Shown: positions 11,030-23,170 of the stretch, piece by piece
Numbering within the stretch: the first letter of the stretch is position 1
Layout: each line of letters starts with the position of its first letter
Source: Hydrolagus colliei
Lineage: Eukaryota
DNA length: 64,000 nt
NCBI GenBank assembly: GCA_035084275.1
Contig: CM068767.1
Location: forward strand, 9,610,001-9,674,000
Direction: 5' to 3'
Made by a program: the position numbers and the translations under genes
The notes under the pieces: model-generated
What the model was told of the DNA's origin: nothing
Seen by the model: the letters and a program-made list of their open reading frames with translations, nothing else
The model's database searches: none

Positions 11030-12121
11030 TGTTATTTATTACTACAAACACTTCGTACAATTTATTTCAACAAAGTCCCCCCCCCCACAAGTAATGGAAC
11101 AAAACAGGAATGGTCCGGACAGCTGCAGAGCTAAAGTGGACTTTGCCAAAGAAATGATCGATTACAAACATTTTAGAGGTAGATTAAGTCGAGAAGAACA
11201 GAAATGTGTGGTGTTAAATCTTCCCCCTTCGTGTCTACAATTTCTCCCAAAAGTTACAGTAGAAAGAAGCTTGAGAGGACAAACATCCTCAGGAAAAAAA
11301 AAAGGGGGGGGGGAAAGAATTACCACTGAAGCCCAGAAAAAAAAATCTGTTGGATGTGAAGTGACCCGATGGAAGTTTAGGTGTTTTCCAGAGTTGCTTC
11401 TGCTGTACAAAACGTGCTGACCGACTTTACCGTGGGGAGGAGGAGAGTGGAGGGAGGGAGGGAGAGTTGGGGGACAGACTACGCAGCCTCACAGTAACCA
11501 GCCCCCAATTTAAAGACTTGCAAATGTCAAATAACAAAATTTATTTTTAAAACAAGGGAAAAAAAATTCATAATGGATTTTGTGATCCCCCCCCCCACCC
11601 CACCCTCCCACTGTCCACAAAACACATGAGAAGAGTGTGGAGCGCAGCGGGAGCCAGGCCGACCCACTCCCTGCCGGGCCCTGCTCTCCGATATCTGTCT
11701 GTCTGTCTGTCTGACTGACTGCCTGTCCGACTGTCCGTCTGCAGTGGAGCGCAGCGGTGTACGTGGCTTTGCTGTTTGTGCTCCGTTTCAAAGTGCTTGT
11801 TGGGTTCTGCTCAGTCAGGGGCTGCTGTACCCACGTCACAGCCTGAGCAGGCGGAGGAGGTGTCAGCTGCAAGTTTCTGGGTGCCCCGCTCGCCAACTCC
11901 ATGGACACATGGTCCAAAGCAAACGACTCAAAACACCATGAGATCGTCAGGTTTCATGAGGCTTCTTTCCATCTGGTGTGACCAGGGCTTTCTCAGGCCA
12001 TCTGAATGGCAGTCTCGGTCAAAGTCTTACTTCGGGTCGTTTATTTCGCGAGAGAGAGAGACAGAGAGAGAAAAAACAAGTAAAAACAAGATTGTTACCT
12101 CGCCATCTTCATCATAGAAAC
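11030..12121 (-). other. PRDM2: Probable PRDM2 terminal exon (short coding end plus 3' UTR)
   Basis: Acceptor tttaattttacag|G at 12121; phase-0 reading VSMMKMAR*; U-rich non-repetitive UTR-like sequence; AATAAA at 11061-11066 and 11035-11040 (minus). Confidence 0.45.
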
Positions 12122-14299
12122 CTGTAAAATTAAACATCACAATTAGTTTTACATAATAATCCATGCATTTGCACATGAGCAACTTATCAATGAAATGCGT
12201 GAAGAAAGTGCTTCACGGTGTTTACTGGAAAGCATAGCGACCGGTGTATTTATAGGTGAATACAGCAGCCAACGTGCCCACAAAATACTATGAAGTGAGT
12301 GACCTTCCGATTTAGTCCTGGAATGTTTCAGAGCACTCGGCCCCATCCTGTCTGTGTTGGTGCTCACTCCCCCACTGGGAGCTCTCTACTCTAACCCCAT
12401 CATCCCCTGCTCTCCATTGCAAAGCATGTTATCTTGGCGCTGGTTCAGACCCTGCTTTACCACCCCACTGATCAGGAGAACATCTCAAAGCACTTCCAGT
12501 GAAGTGTATTTAATGTTTAATCTCCAGGTGAATGTCGCAGTCAATTTGTTCACAGCAACGTCTCACAAAGAGCCACGGAGAATGACCAATTTGATCTGGG
12601 AGCTTGAGAAACAAAGAAGTACCAGCAGACTGCAGCGGTTACATTACTCAGGGAAAAACCTGTCAGCCTGGCTTCATTTGGAGGGACTCTCTCTATCTCT
12701 CAGCCAAATCAGTATGCTGTGCACTCGATTCCCATGTTCAGACTTTGAGCTCTCAGTCTGGGCTGACACTCGAATCTAGTGCTGAATTGTTAAGAGTTGC
12801 CCATTCTTCGTTAAACAAATGGAATTTTGTTGTTGTTAAACCAAGGTCTTGTCTGTTCAGGCAGATGTTGAAGTGTCTGAGGCACTTTTAAAAGAGAACA
12901 GGGCCCAGGGATCTGCCCAGCAATTCACCAGTTGTAAAAAACAACTGGCCATTCTCTCTCCGGTGTCTGAGTACATTGCTATGCACTAATATAATACTGT
13001 TGCCACAACAACACTTGCAGTTGTATAGCGCCCTCCACGCCAGACTATACATGTGTGTACATCTTATGAGGGGCTTTGAGATCTTTTGGCAACATGATAA
13101 GGGCCTGTATCGAATAAGGATGATTATAATGTGCCTTTATCTCTATTCTCGTTGCCCATGGTTCCAAATGCTCCAGCACGCTAACCCACGTGAAGGGTGC
13201 TATATAAGGCACGCTGTTGTACTTTCTCCCGTGCCCCACCTTGTGTAATCAGCCCTCCCTCTAACCAGAAGCCTGCTGCTTTCAAAACCCCCTCTCCACA
13301 ACCCATGGCTCCTTCTCGACTGTTCTCCGACTTTAATACACAAAAAAAAAGCACAAGAACAACAGTCTTTTTCTAATATTCCATCACCTCCTTTTGAGAT
13401 TTCTCCTGCTGTTTTTCTACAACCATCTGTTTTTGTTGTGCAGCTCAAGCATTAAATGTTATCTGAACAATACTGAGCTTTACAGCAGTCTCTGAAGAGT
13501 TACTCAAGTGCATTGTCAAACAACAAACCACCAAACAGCTTATATGAATGCTGAACGCAGTTCCATGGTTCCTATTATCTGCCACCGGAGGTCCTCAGAG
13601 ATCTAGACTATTCATTCCAACATTTTCCTCATTTTCCTATAAATATCCTTTTACCGTGTCTTTCACACCCGGATGACGTCCCAAAGCGTTTCACAGGAAA
13701 TGCTATCAGGAGTGACTGAGGATTTTTGAAGCAAATATGGCAGCCGATTACAAGCAGCAGTTTCGCACAAACAGCGTTAGAGTGAGTGGCCAATTTTATT
13801 TGGGGGGTGAATGTCAGCCAGACACCAATCTCTATTCCATTTTCAAATAGTGCCATGGGATCTTTACCATCCAACTGAGCGGAAGCATGGTTCCCCCCAA
13901 CCCCAGTGACTAGGGGTTCCAGGTTCCAATGGGGCCATGAATATTATAACACAGAAGGAGGCCCATCATGCTCAGGCCTCCTGGGCATCACATAGGCATC
14001 TCTTTCGAAGAGCTACCCAATGAGCTACCCACTCTCCTGCTTTCCCCATAGCATAGCAAATTTTTCCTTTTCAAGTACCTATCCAATTCCCTTTTGGAAA
14101 TTGTTATTGAATCTGTTTCCACCAGCCTTTCAGGTAGTGTCTGAGTCTCCAACCCTCCTGATCCCAACCCCGTCATCCCCCCTACCCACCCCACGATTGT
14201 TCAGCGCCTTGGAACGTCTTCCTGATGTGAAAGGTGCTGTACACGTCGTTTCTTGCTGTTGGCAGACTAAGAAGGTACTAGGGCGAGGGTAAGGATCAG

Positions 14300-14690
14300 A
14301 TCAAACAGGAAGCCAGCAGAGCCTGCGAGGATTGGAGTGATGAGGGTTTGTTATGTATGGGTAGGGTATGGGCAACAGTTTTTGTTAGCTGGACCTTATG
14401 GCTGGTGGAACTGGCGAGAAGAGCAAGGAGTGTGGTTGAGAAATCAAGACAGATTAGTAACAAAAATATGGATGAAGGTTTTGTTTGCATTTAGTGCGAG
14501 ATGGGCTTGGAAGTGGGCAATGTATGGTAAAGGTGGAAGAAAGGAGTTCTGGTTGGGGACTGAAATTGGGGTAGGAATAGCAGCTGGGTATCTAAGCGGA
14601 CTTCAAGGTTGCACACCGCGTTAGTGACTTTGGCCAGGGAGTTGGAAGAAATCTGAGCCAGAAGTGAAGAGGCATGGACCATATTTAGCT
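14300..14690 (-). mobile_element. L2 LINE ORF2 C-terminal fragment
   Basis: Degenerate peptides VCNLEVRLD, FFHLY, CLDFSTTLLA and HKVQL match the L2 C-terminal pattern. Confidence 0.6.
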
Positions 14691-15111
14691 GCTGCACGTT
14701 GGTGCTTAATCCATCAGGTCTTGATTAGATAAGGAAAAGTGCATTTAAGTGACACCCACACACATGTGGAAGCTGACCCCTTGATGATAATTTTACGAAG
14801 ATGAAACGTAGATGCAAAAAAGGATGAGGATCATGAGGTACACCGTAGGTGACTGAGCAAGGCTGGGAGAAGAAACGGTTTCTCTGTTGAGAAAAAGTGG
14901 AGACGGTGGGTCAAACAGGACCTCAGTTTTTAACATGTTATTCGAAAGGATGGCAAATCCGACAGTGAGTCATTCTCCCAGTGTTGCGTTACACTGGCAT
15001 CTTGGGACTGTTAACTTGGAAGTTGCCATAATGGGCTTCAATTCACAACCTCTGCCCCAACTCAGCTAAACTGTGGTCTAAGAAGAAATGGTTGGTGTGT
15101 TGGTACATTAC

Positions 15112-18100
15112 CTGAACATCCTCTGAAGATGAGCCTTGGTTCTCCTGATCATCTTCCATCTCGCTATCAGTGTTTGCAGGGCCCCCACTGCGTGTGATGG
15201 CCCCAGACCGTGTCTCCTTGATTCTCCCAGAGTATCTCTCGGGCCTCTTTTGCTTCAGGACATTGGCCTTCCTCTGCCACACGACTTTCTTGTTTTTCAT
15301 TCGCAGGTACAGCCTAGGTGATGCCATCCCCGTTGAGGTAGCGGAAGACCGCTGCCTAGAGTCCGATTTAAACCGTTTGCTCTCTGCCACTGTCCCTTTG
15401 GCTGATCTGACGGGGCTGGTGGTCCTGGAAGTGATGGGGGAGGTGTTGGGTTTCCTTGATTTTATCGGGGGAAGCGATCTCATCCTCTGCTGCAACCGTG
15501 GTGCTGAGGAAACCGACTCAGTCTGCAAGGTCCCTAGCATCCTGCCCCGCCTTTTGCCCAAGAGAATCGGCGTGTTCTGTAGTTTGATCTCTGTGTCCGC
15601 AGTCCTCCTCCGCTGGACTGTCCCCTTTTCACTACTGGCTGGAGAGTGCGAGCCAGAGCCCTTGGCCGAAGGGGACACTGGTTTCTTGGGACAGCTGTAG
15701 GTCACGTGCTTGTTCAGGCTGCCCAGGTATGTGAACTCCTTGACACAGTAGGGACAGTGATGGCTCTCCATTCCTCTGGCGTTTAGCATGGCTTTCTCCT
15801 TGGCGGACGCCCGCTTCTTCTGGGCGATGGCTTTCTGCACCAGCCTGTTCCGCTTCCTTTTCAGGGCGTTCATCTTGAGCTTGTTGATGGTGGCTTTGGG
15901 TTTGCTGTCCGTGTCGAAGCTCAGCCGCTTGGGCTGCCCCATCCTCCGCATGACACTGTTCCGGGCTGGCTCGCCTCCCAACGCCCCGTTTTTCTTCCAC
16001 ACTTTCTTCTTGAGGGGGATGGCGTTTTTCTTGGGGGTGTAGCGTCGCTTGTCGCTGGCTGAGGCGCAGGCCAGGATGTGCTTGTGCAGGGCCGGCATGT
16101 TGTCAAAGCTCTTGCCGCACTTGGTGCAGTGGATGGCCGTGCTGAACGTCTGCGGGATGTTGTGGGTGGTGAAGTTGACGGCGGACGAGCCGGCGCTGGG
16201 GGCACTGCGGTTGTGGTACTGAAACGGGGGTGGCTTGAAGCTGGGGTAGCGCTGGTTGAGACCCATGCGGACGTCGGGGCCCTTGGACTTCACCCCGGAC
16301 GCCATGACCTTGATCGTAGTGTAAAGCTCCTCCGTCAAGTCGGTGGAATTATCGTCGTCCTCCTCCGGCGGTGGAGGGGTGGAGCTCACCGGCCGGGCCA
16401 TGCACTGGCTGGGGCAGCTGGTAGCTTTGTCCGGGTCGGTGAAGTTCTGAGGTCTCAGCATCCCGTTCTGGAGCTCCTGGTGCGTGCACTCCTTCCCTGG
16501 GTGCAGGTCCCGCTGATGGTGCTGTAGGTTGCAGAGGAAAGCAAATTCCTTGTTGCAGACCGAGCAGGCAAAAATCTTGCCCACCCCGTGCAGTGAAGAC
16601 CTGTGCTCAGACAGGCAGTCGGCCTCTTTGAACAGCTGGACGCAGAATTCGCACTTGAATGGCCACTGCTCCGCGTGCACATGTAGGTGTTGGGCCAGGT
16701 CCTTGATGGAGAGGAACGGTGTTTCGCACACGTTACACGCAAAGTTTTTTGTGAACGCCAGCTCCATCTTGTCGTGGTCTCCCGCGGGCTGACTATCCCC
16801 TTCTGATCCCTCCTCCTCCCCCGGGCAGTACTCGGCTGGGGTCCCCTGGGGGATCTCTGGCTCGATGGTGGGCGGCAGGGCCTGGCTGGCCTCCTGTTCG
16901 CTGTCTGAATCCGGATAGTCGCTGTCTCTAACCTCCTCCTTGATGTGGACACTGATGGGGGATAGGGCCGGAGTGACCGGCTGCAGGACAGATGTGGTGG
17001 ACTGTGGGAGAGGCGAAGGCACGGAGAGGACGGGTGGCTGGGGGGAAGGGACTGGACTGGTGGTGACGGGCTCTGGGGGGTCTGGCTCGAGCGGGTCCTG
17101 AAGTGTCTCCTCCGCCTCTGGGCAAGGCTTGGGGCTCCCGTCTGGCTCTTGCCTCCCTGCCACCGACAGATCAGTACCGTTGTACTCGTTCAGAAGCACC
17201 TTCTCCAACATGGAGGTAGTGGGTTTTCTCTTCTTGTTGCTGTACGCAGTGTGCGGACCAGCGATCCCCGCTTCCTCTTTGACGTCCCCCTCACTGTATG
17301 GCTTCTTGTGCAAACTTAAATCCAGAATGGCTACTCCTGACCCACTGCCCTCAGTCTTCACATCACTTTGCACTTTGCCACTCGACAGGTCCAAGGGCTG
17401 TTGGCTGCAGAGGTTGATCACCAGCTGGCTCGACTGGCCTTCTTTAGACGCCGTTATTTTACCTACGTTATCCCCGCTGAGAGGGCTGAGGGCCTCCTCC
17501 CGGCTCGACAAGCTCCAAGCAGGGGAACTATTCTGGCTCTCGTTTTTTGGTACTTTCAGCCCCGGTAAACTCTCGCTCCATAACCGGATGAATTCAGCGT
17601 CCTTCCCCGTGCCGCTGAGAGCCGGGCTGTGCTGGGGGGAGTTTGGTGGGGAGCTGGTCCTCCTCTTGAAGCGGCTAAATCCCATGGCTGCCCCGGTCGA
17701 GGTTGAGGGAGTGACGATCGCTGAGCTCTCCCCCGGCACGGCCCGCTGTGAGGTGCTGTCCTGTATCTGGAGAAGCTGCTTGAGCTTGGAGGTTAAGAAA
17801 GTGTTTTTTTCTTGGTGTCCAGTCAAAGGGTTGGTAGTCTGAGCAGGAAGGGACAAAGAGCAGAGCGAGGAGACAGCCGAGGAGATTGTTTCGACGCCCA
17901 AGTCGGGTTTGGCTTTTGCAAACGGAGGTGGGCTGATGGTTCGTCTCCGTTTCGGAACTTTCAGTTCCCCGTCCGACAGCTCCTTGAGATGCAAATGACC
18001 GGCTGGAACTTGGGCAGTGATCTTCAGGTTCTGAGGAGATTCATCGGTTACCGCGTACAACACCGAGGACAGTCCATACGGATTAGTGCACGTCGTGTCC

Positions 18101-19076
18101 AGCTCAATCACCTCACAGTTGCTGGTGTTGCTGTTTGATTCGATTTTGCCATCGATGTAGAAGTTGAGGTTTTCGGAGATGTTGCTGGAAACGTCCATGA
18201 TGTACGCTTGACTTTCATCGCTCTCTTCCTCCTCCTCCTCTACCTCTTCTTCCTCCTCCATTTCCGTGCGTGTTGTACGGGCCCCGACGGACCCCAGGCT
18301 TTGCTCTGACACCAGATTCGATTCCTCCTCCAAAGGCTTCCTCCTGACCCGGATACCTTTAGCCAGCAGTGGGCGCTCGTGGATACGTCTCTGGTGCCGC
18401 CGCAAGTTGGTGTATGAGCCAAAAGTCTTTTTGCACAGTCTGCACGGGTGCTGCAGTTTGGGTTCGCAGCCTCTTGTGCTGGAAGGTTCCAGGTGGGATT
18501 CCTTGGCCACACTTTTCTTGCGCTCATCCAGAGTCACAGGACTGTGGAGCCTCATGGAGGTGTTGACGCTAATGTCAATCGCTTGCTGCTCAAACTCAAA
18601 GTCCTCGTTTGGGATCTGCAGAGTCGGGCTCCCTTTCGAGATGTTTTTTTTCTTGGGTGCGGCCTCGTGGCGCCTCTCGTGCCGCCTCATGTTGATGTGG
18701 GTGCCAAAGGCTTTGCCACAATACTTGCACTTGAAGGTGAAGCCCTCGGTCGATATATGGATGTGCTGGTGACGCTCCAGCCCCTGCTTGGTGGTAAATC
18801 TGCGCTCGCAGTTTTTACAGGGAAATAGGTGAGTTTCCTCAAAGTCCCTGGTTCCATTTTGATCTCCTTTTGACCGGTGTTTCAGGGTCTTGATGGGAAG
18901 CTTCTTTTTGGGGAAACTCTCGGCAGAGCTCTTCTCCTCGGGCATGGCTTTGGGCTCAGGGCTTATTCGCGAGATCCTTAGCTGAGGCAGAGTCTTGCGT
19001 GTCGCTGTACTTTGAGCAGCTACTCTCGGTTCTGGTGAATGTGTTGCAGAGGCACAAGGCTCATTCTTCTTTGAAC
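15112..19076 (-). CDS. PRDM2: PRDM2 (RIZ) large zinc-finger exon
   Basis: Open 3965-nt exon, acceptor ctcctcctag|GT (phase 1), donor CAG|gtaatg. Encodes FPCKNCERRFTTKQGLERHQHIH, FKCKYCGKAFGTHIN, YIDGKI, PLDLS, three central C2H2 fingers and NFTTHNIPQTFSTAIHCTKCGKSFDNMPALHKHILACASASDKRRYTPKKN, all PRDM2 hallmarks. First in-frame ATG is at 18945 (gccATG). Confidence 0.95.
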
Positions 19077-19239
19077 CTAGGAGGAGAAGAACATTGCTTT
19101 GCAGTCAAACCTTTAGACATAACTACTCATCTGTTACTCACATGACAACTAACTTCTGGCTGAAATGACCTGCCTCTATCCCCATTTCTGAAGAAAGTGA
19201 CTATACAATACAAATTGACATTTATACAGCCCTTTCACA

Positions 19240-19720
19240 TAGGAAGATGTCTTGAACTCAATCCACTAGGGCATGAGGATCCAGTGGAACCAAGGAATCA
19301 AGGGAACCGGAGAGATAAAGAGATAAGAGTTGGGTGACATCCGCATACATGTAGAAGTTAACTCTATGTCTGTGGATAACATCACTGAGCATGTAGAGGA
19401 AATGACCGAGGACAGAGCTATGGGGATGCAAGGAGAAGCTGTTGGACGAGACAAAATGGAGCCATTGCAATATGTAAGCATGAAACCAGTGGAGTAAATA
19501 AATGGGAAGGTGGAGCTGAGAAGAAAGGTGGTGGATAAGGATAGCATGATCAGAGATGGCAGAGATCAAGAAGAATGAGGAGGCAGAGAGAGTCTTGGTT
19601 AAAGCAGAGAGAATGTCGCTGGTGACTTTGACAAGCGCAGTCTCGATACTATGGGTGGCGTGGAAACCGGATTGGAGGGCTGAGAAGCAACTTCTGGCTG
19701 GAAAGGCGGGTTAGAGATGG
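19240..19720 (-). mobile_element. L2 LINE RT fragment
   Basis: FYMYADVTQL (YADD-like) and LDLCHL/DHAIL motifs, frameshifted. Confidence 0.7.
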
Positions 19721-20466
19721 TGCAGTTGTTAGGGAACAAGGATAGATCGAGCGAATTGTTCTAAGGTGGGCGGGGGAGTGGGGGGGTGACACAAGCAAGC
19801 AAGCAAATTAAAGATTTTATTCTGTGCATTTTATCTGTGATCCGTGTCTTGTCGACATGAAAGGCACTCTACAAATGTGATTTTATTGTTGTTGTGTTGT
19901 TGTGATTGAAACACAAACATGTAGATGGTTTGTGGTCTGGAGGTGAAAGTTATCAAAGCATGATATTACTAAGTGCATCTCCGCAGACTCATTTAACCCC
20001 TTTGCTAAGATATACATGGTTTATCTTACAGATAAGAGAGAACTTGCATTCTGATCTCACCTTATATTGCAAGAACTTCTCAAAGCACTTTTCAGCAATG
20101 AACGTTTGAGACGATTTGTCTGTGTGAATACAGCAGCCACATTTGAAACCCAGCAATACCAGTCAACAGCCATGAAGAAAACCACCAATTTAAGGATTGT
20201 TGCCCAAGACAGCAGGAGAAACTCCCTCCTCTTTTCCACAGGTGCTGGGATCACTAACAATTTTCATCGCAATTACTTGTGAAATGGTTTGAGATTTTAT
20301 AGTTAGATAGGGTGCTAGAAAATTACAAGGATTATTACAAATTATGTAAATTATTACATACTATCACCCCCTTTAAAAAAAAATGTGGTCACTCAATCCA
20401 CAACTGTTTGTGGGACACTGCTGTACGCAATTGGCTGCTGCTTTTTGCCCATGAAATTTATATACA

Positions 20467-21190
20467 CAGGAGAAGCCCCTTTATCCGGCACCTGCGGGAC
20501 CTGGCCAATGCCGGTTAAAGCGCCTGCCGGATATTCGGGCGGCCCGCGGCCGAAAACCCACCACAAAAAAATTCAAGTTCTTTTAACACACACCACACAC
20601 ACCAGACTAAGTAATAATAGATAATAACAGAATATTATATTGGCACCCACCGTCAAAACTACTCTCCTGCGCTTCCCACCCCCACTGATTGAGGTTTACA
20701 TTCCAGCGACCCCTCCCCAAATGGAGGACGCCAAGCAGGTGAAAAAAATGGCAGTGCGATTTTAAAGTCGCGCGACTTTACTAGCTGCAAGTCGCAGCAC
20801 TAGACTCTACCAGTGGCAAACCAAAATACTGCTAGTGCGCGACAATGTGGGTTATAGGCTAGCGTTATCGGCTTGTCGCTATATGGCTTTAAAGTCGCGC
20901 TCCGTTTCTTTCACCCGCCTGGCGTGCCCCATTCCAAAAAGAATCGCTGGACTGTAAACCTCAACCGCAGCATCATAGCTTCAAGCGCAGCATCTAACAG
21001 CAAAGGTGAGAAGCGCAAGAGAGCAGCTCTTGCACAAATACAACATTCCATCACTAAACCATTATCTATGCATTTACAAATGCTTCACTGCTATTGTTCC
21101 GGATAAGTTCCGGTTTATCAAATGGGGACTTTTTTGGGGGCGTGCCGGTCATACGGAAGTGCCGAGTCACGGATAAACAGGCTTCTACTA
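20467..21190. mobile_element. Tigger/pogo-like non-autonomous DNA transposon (~720 bp)
   Basis: TIR CAGGAGAAGCCCCTTTATCCG / CGGATAAACAGGCTTCTACTA; a second copy lies at 53085-53748. Confidence 0.75.
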
Positions 21191-21199
21191 TACTATTAC

Positions 21200-21518
21200 A
21201 ATAATAATCCTTGCATTTGATATAGCGCTGTTCATATCTTATCAATGTCTCAAAGTACTTCACAGAATATACTGTAAAGTGAATGGACTGTGTATTTGTG
21301 GGTGAAACACGGCAGCCAATTGCGCACAGCAGGGTCCCCCACAAACAGTCGTGGATTGAAAATGACGAATGTTATTACTGTGGTTTTTTTTGACAGATTA
21401 TTATTAGGCATGTGTGTCGAGTAAGGAAACTTGCCCAAGGTTTCGCCCTGATCTGCGTGGATTCGAACACAGGTCTCATGTTTATAAGGTGAGGGCTCTA
21501 ACCACTGAGCCACAGGAG
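21200..21518 (-). mobile_element. Deu-type SINE, full length
   Basis: Reverse complement of the head, Deu core and (ATT)n tail. Confidence 0.85.
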
Positions 21519-22384
21519 AAATACAGTCAATTTAATTAACAGTATATCTTGTGAAGCACTTTGAGACATCTTGATAAGGCGTTATATCAAATGTAAAGAT
21601 TATTATTAAATTGATGATGTGGCTATGTTACAACACTTAAGGTACTAAATTGCTGCAGACTGTAATGAGGAAGTTGCAGCCACATCAGAACTACAGAGGT
21701 AGTGATCAATTGTAAAGCATGCAAACACAGCGCAAATGAGGAAAAGATTAGATTTGCATTCGCAAGCCCCGCGAACAGTATTCGTTGGTTTCATTTATCA
21801 AATATTCAAAATACTAAGAAACATGCCAGTGTAACAAATGTGGAATGGAACATTCTTAACTGGTGTTCATGATCTTGTGCAATGCTTGCCAAGTGAAGCA
21901 AGCAAGAAATAGACAAGGACTACAAACTGCCACTGCTTCTCAAAATACAGAGACAGAAAGCAGTGGGTGGGTGGTGGTGAACTGTTGTATTTCCAGACAA
22001 TAGGGAAGTATACAGTTATGTCCCCCAGGTGTTTGGTATCCAGTACCTCAATGACTTGGGTACAGAGTCCTGTACCTTACAAGTGTGAGACCTGTATTTC
22101 GAATCCAGGAAAGTCAGGGCGAAACCGTAGGCAAGTTTCCCTATTCCACACAACTAATAATAATCCCTCCAAAAATAACACAATAATAAAATTTGGCCAT
22201 TTCCATTCAGGACTGTTTGTGGTACACTGATGTGTGCAATTGGCTGCTGCGTTTTGCCCACAAATGCACCATCAATCCACTTCACATCACCGTATATTCT
22301 GTGCAGCGCTCTGAGACGTCTCGAAGACATGAAACGCTACATCAAATGCAAGGATTATTATTGTAATAGAGCAACATTTTGTTT

Positions 22385-22845
22385 TAAGTTTGCAGATGAC
22401 ACAAAACTTGGGAAAGTAGTGAACTACGAGAACGAGGATAGATTTTAGTTATGTGGAGAAGATGGGATTATTCTCCTTACAGTAGAGATGGTTATTGGAA
22501 AATTTAATCAAGTTGTTCAAAAATATGAGGGGTTTTGATAGAGTCGATAAGGAGAAACTATTTGCACTGGCAGGTGGGTTGGTAAACAGGGGCCATAGAT
22601 TTAAGATAATTGGCAAAAGAATCAGAGGGGAGACGAGGAGAATTATTTTTTAAAAACAGGTTAAGGTCTGGAATGCACTTCCTGAAAGGGTGGTGGAAAC
22701 AACAACAACAACAACAAAATTTTATTTTGATTCAATTGCAACTTTCAAAAGGGAATTGGACAGGTTCTTTTAAATGGAAACATTTGCAAGGATATGGGGA
22801 AAAAGGGAGTGAGACTGATTGGGTAGCTCTTCCAAAGAGCCGGCA
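22385..22845 (+). mobile_element. CR1 LINE 3' fragment
   Basis: KFADDTKLG motif, then CR1 C-terminal/3' UTR sequence (ggtctggaatgcacttcctgaaagggtggtggaa). Confidence 0.75.
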
Positions 22846-22856
22846 CTATGGTAATG

Positions 22857-23170
22857 CAGTAAAATCTCGATAATCCGGCCTGGTTGGGCCCATTCGCTTC
22901 CCGGATTTCGGTGTTTGCCGGTGTTTAGAACCTATCTTAGAAATGCCTGTGGAAGCCCTGCCTCATACACCACGTGAGCTGTAAACACAGCATTGGCCGA
23001 GCTCCACCCACAGCACCGGGTGACAGAGCAGCCACGCCAGGAACTACAAGCAGCTGTTCCCAACTTCAGGAGATTTGCAAACATCGGAAAAAAATGATTT
23101 TGTTCTGAAATCCTGCCGGTTTTAGGGAGTAGCCGGCTTTCGGAATGTCGGATTATCGAGGGCTTTACTG
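22857..23170. mobile_element. Tigger-like MITE (314 bp)
   Basis: TIRs CAGTAAAATCTCGATAATCCG / CGGATTATCGAGGGCTTTACTG followed by TA. Confidence 0.75.

Noticed and set aside
15043-15111. C-terminal VMYQHTNHFFLDHSLAELGQRL of the 1300-aa ORF
   Set aside because: Follows a good donor CAG|gtaatg; probably intron read-through, although an unspliced isoform cannot be excluded.
15136-18828. Many plus-strand and alternate-frame ORFs over the PRDM2 exon
   Set aside because: Shadow ORFs of a GC-rich coding exon.
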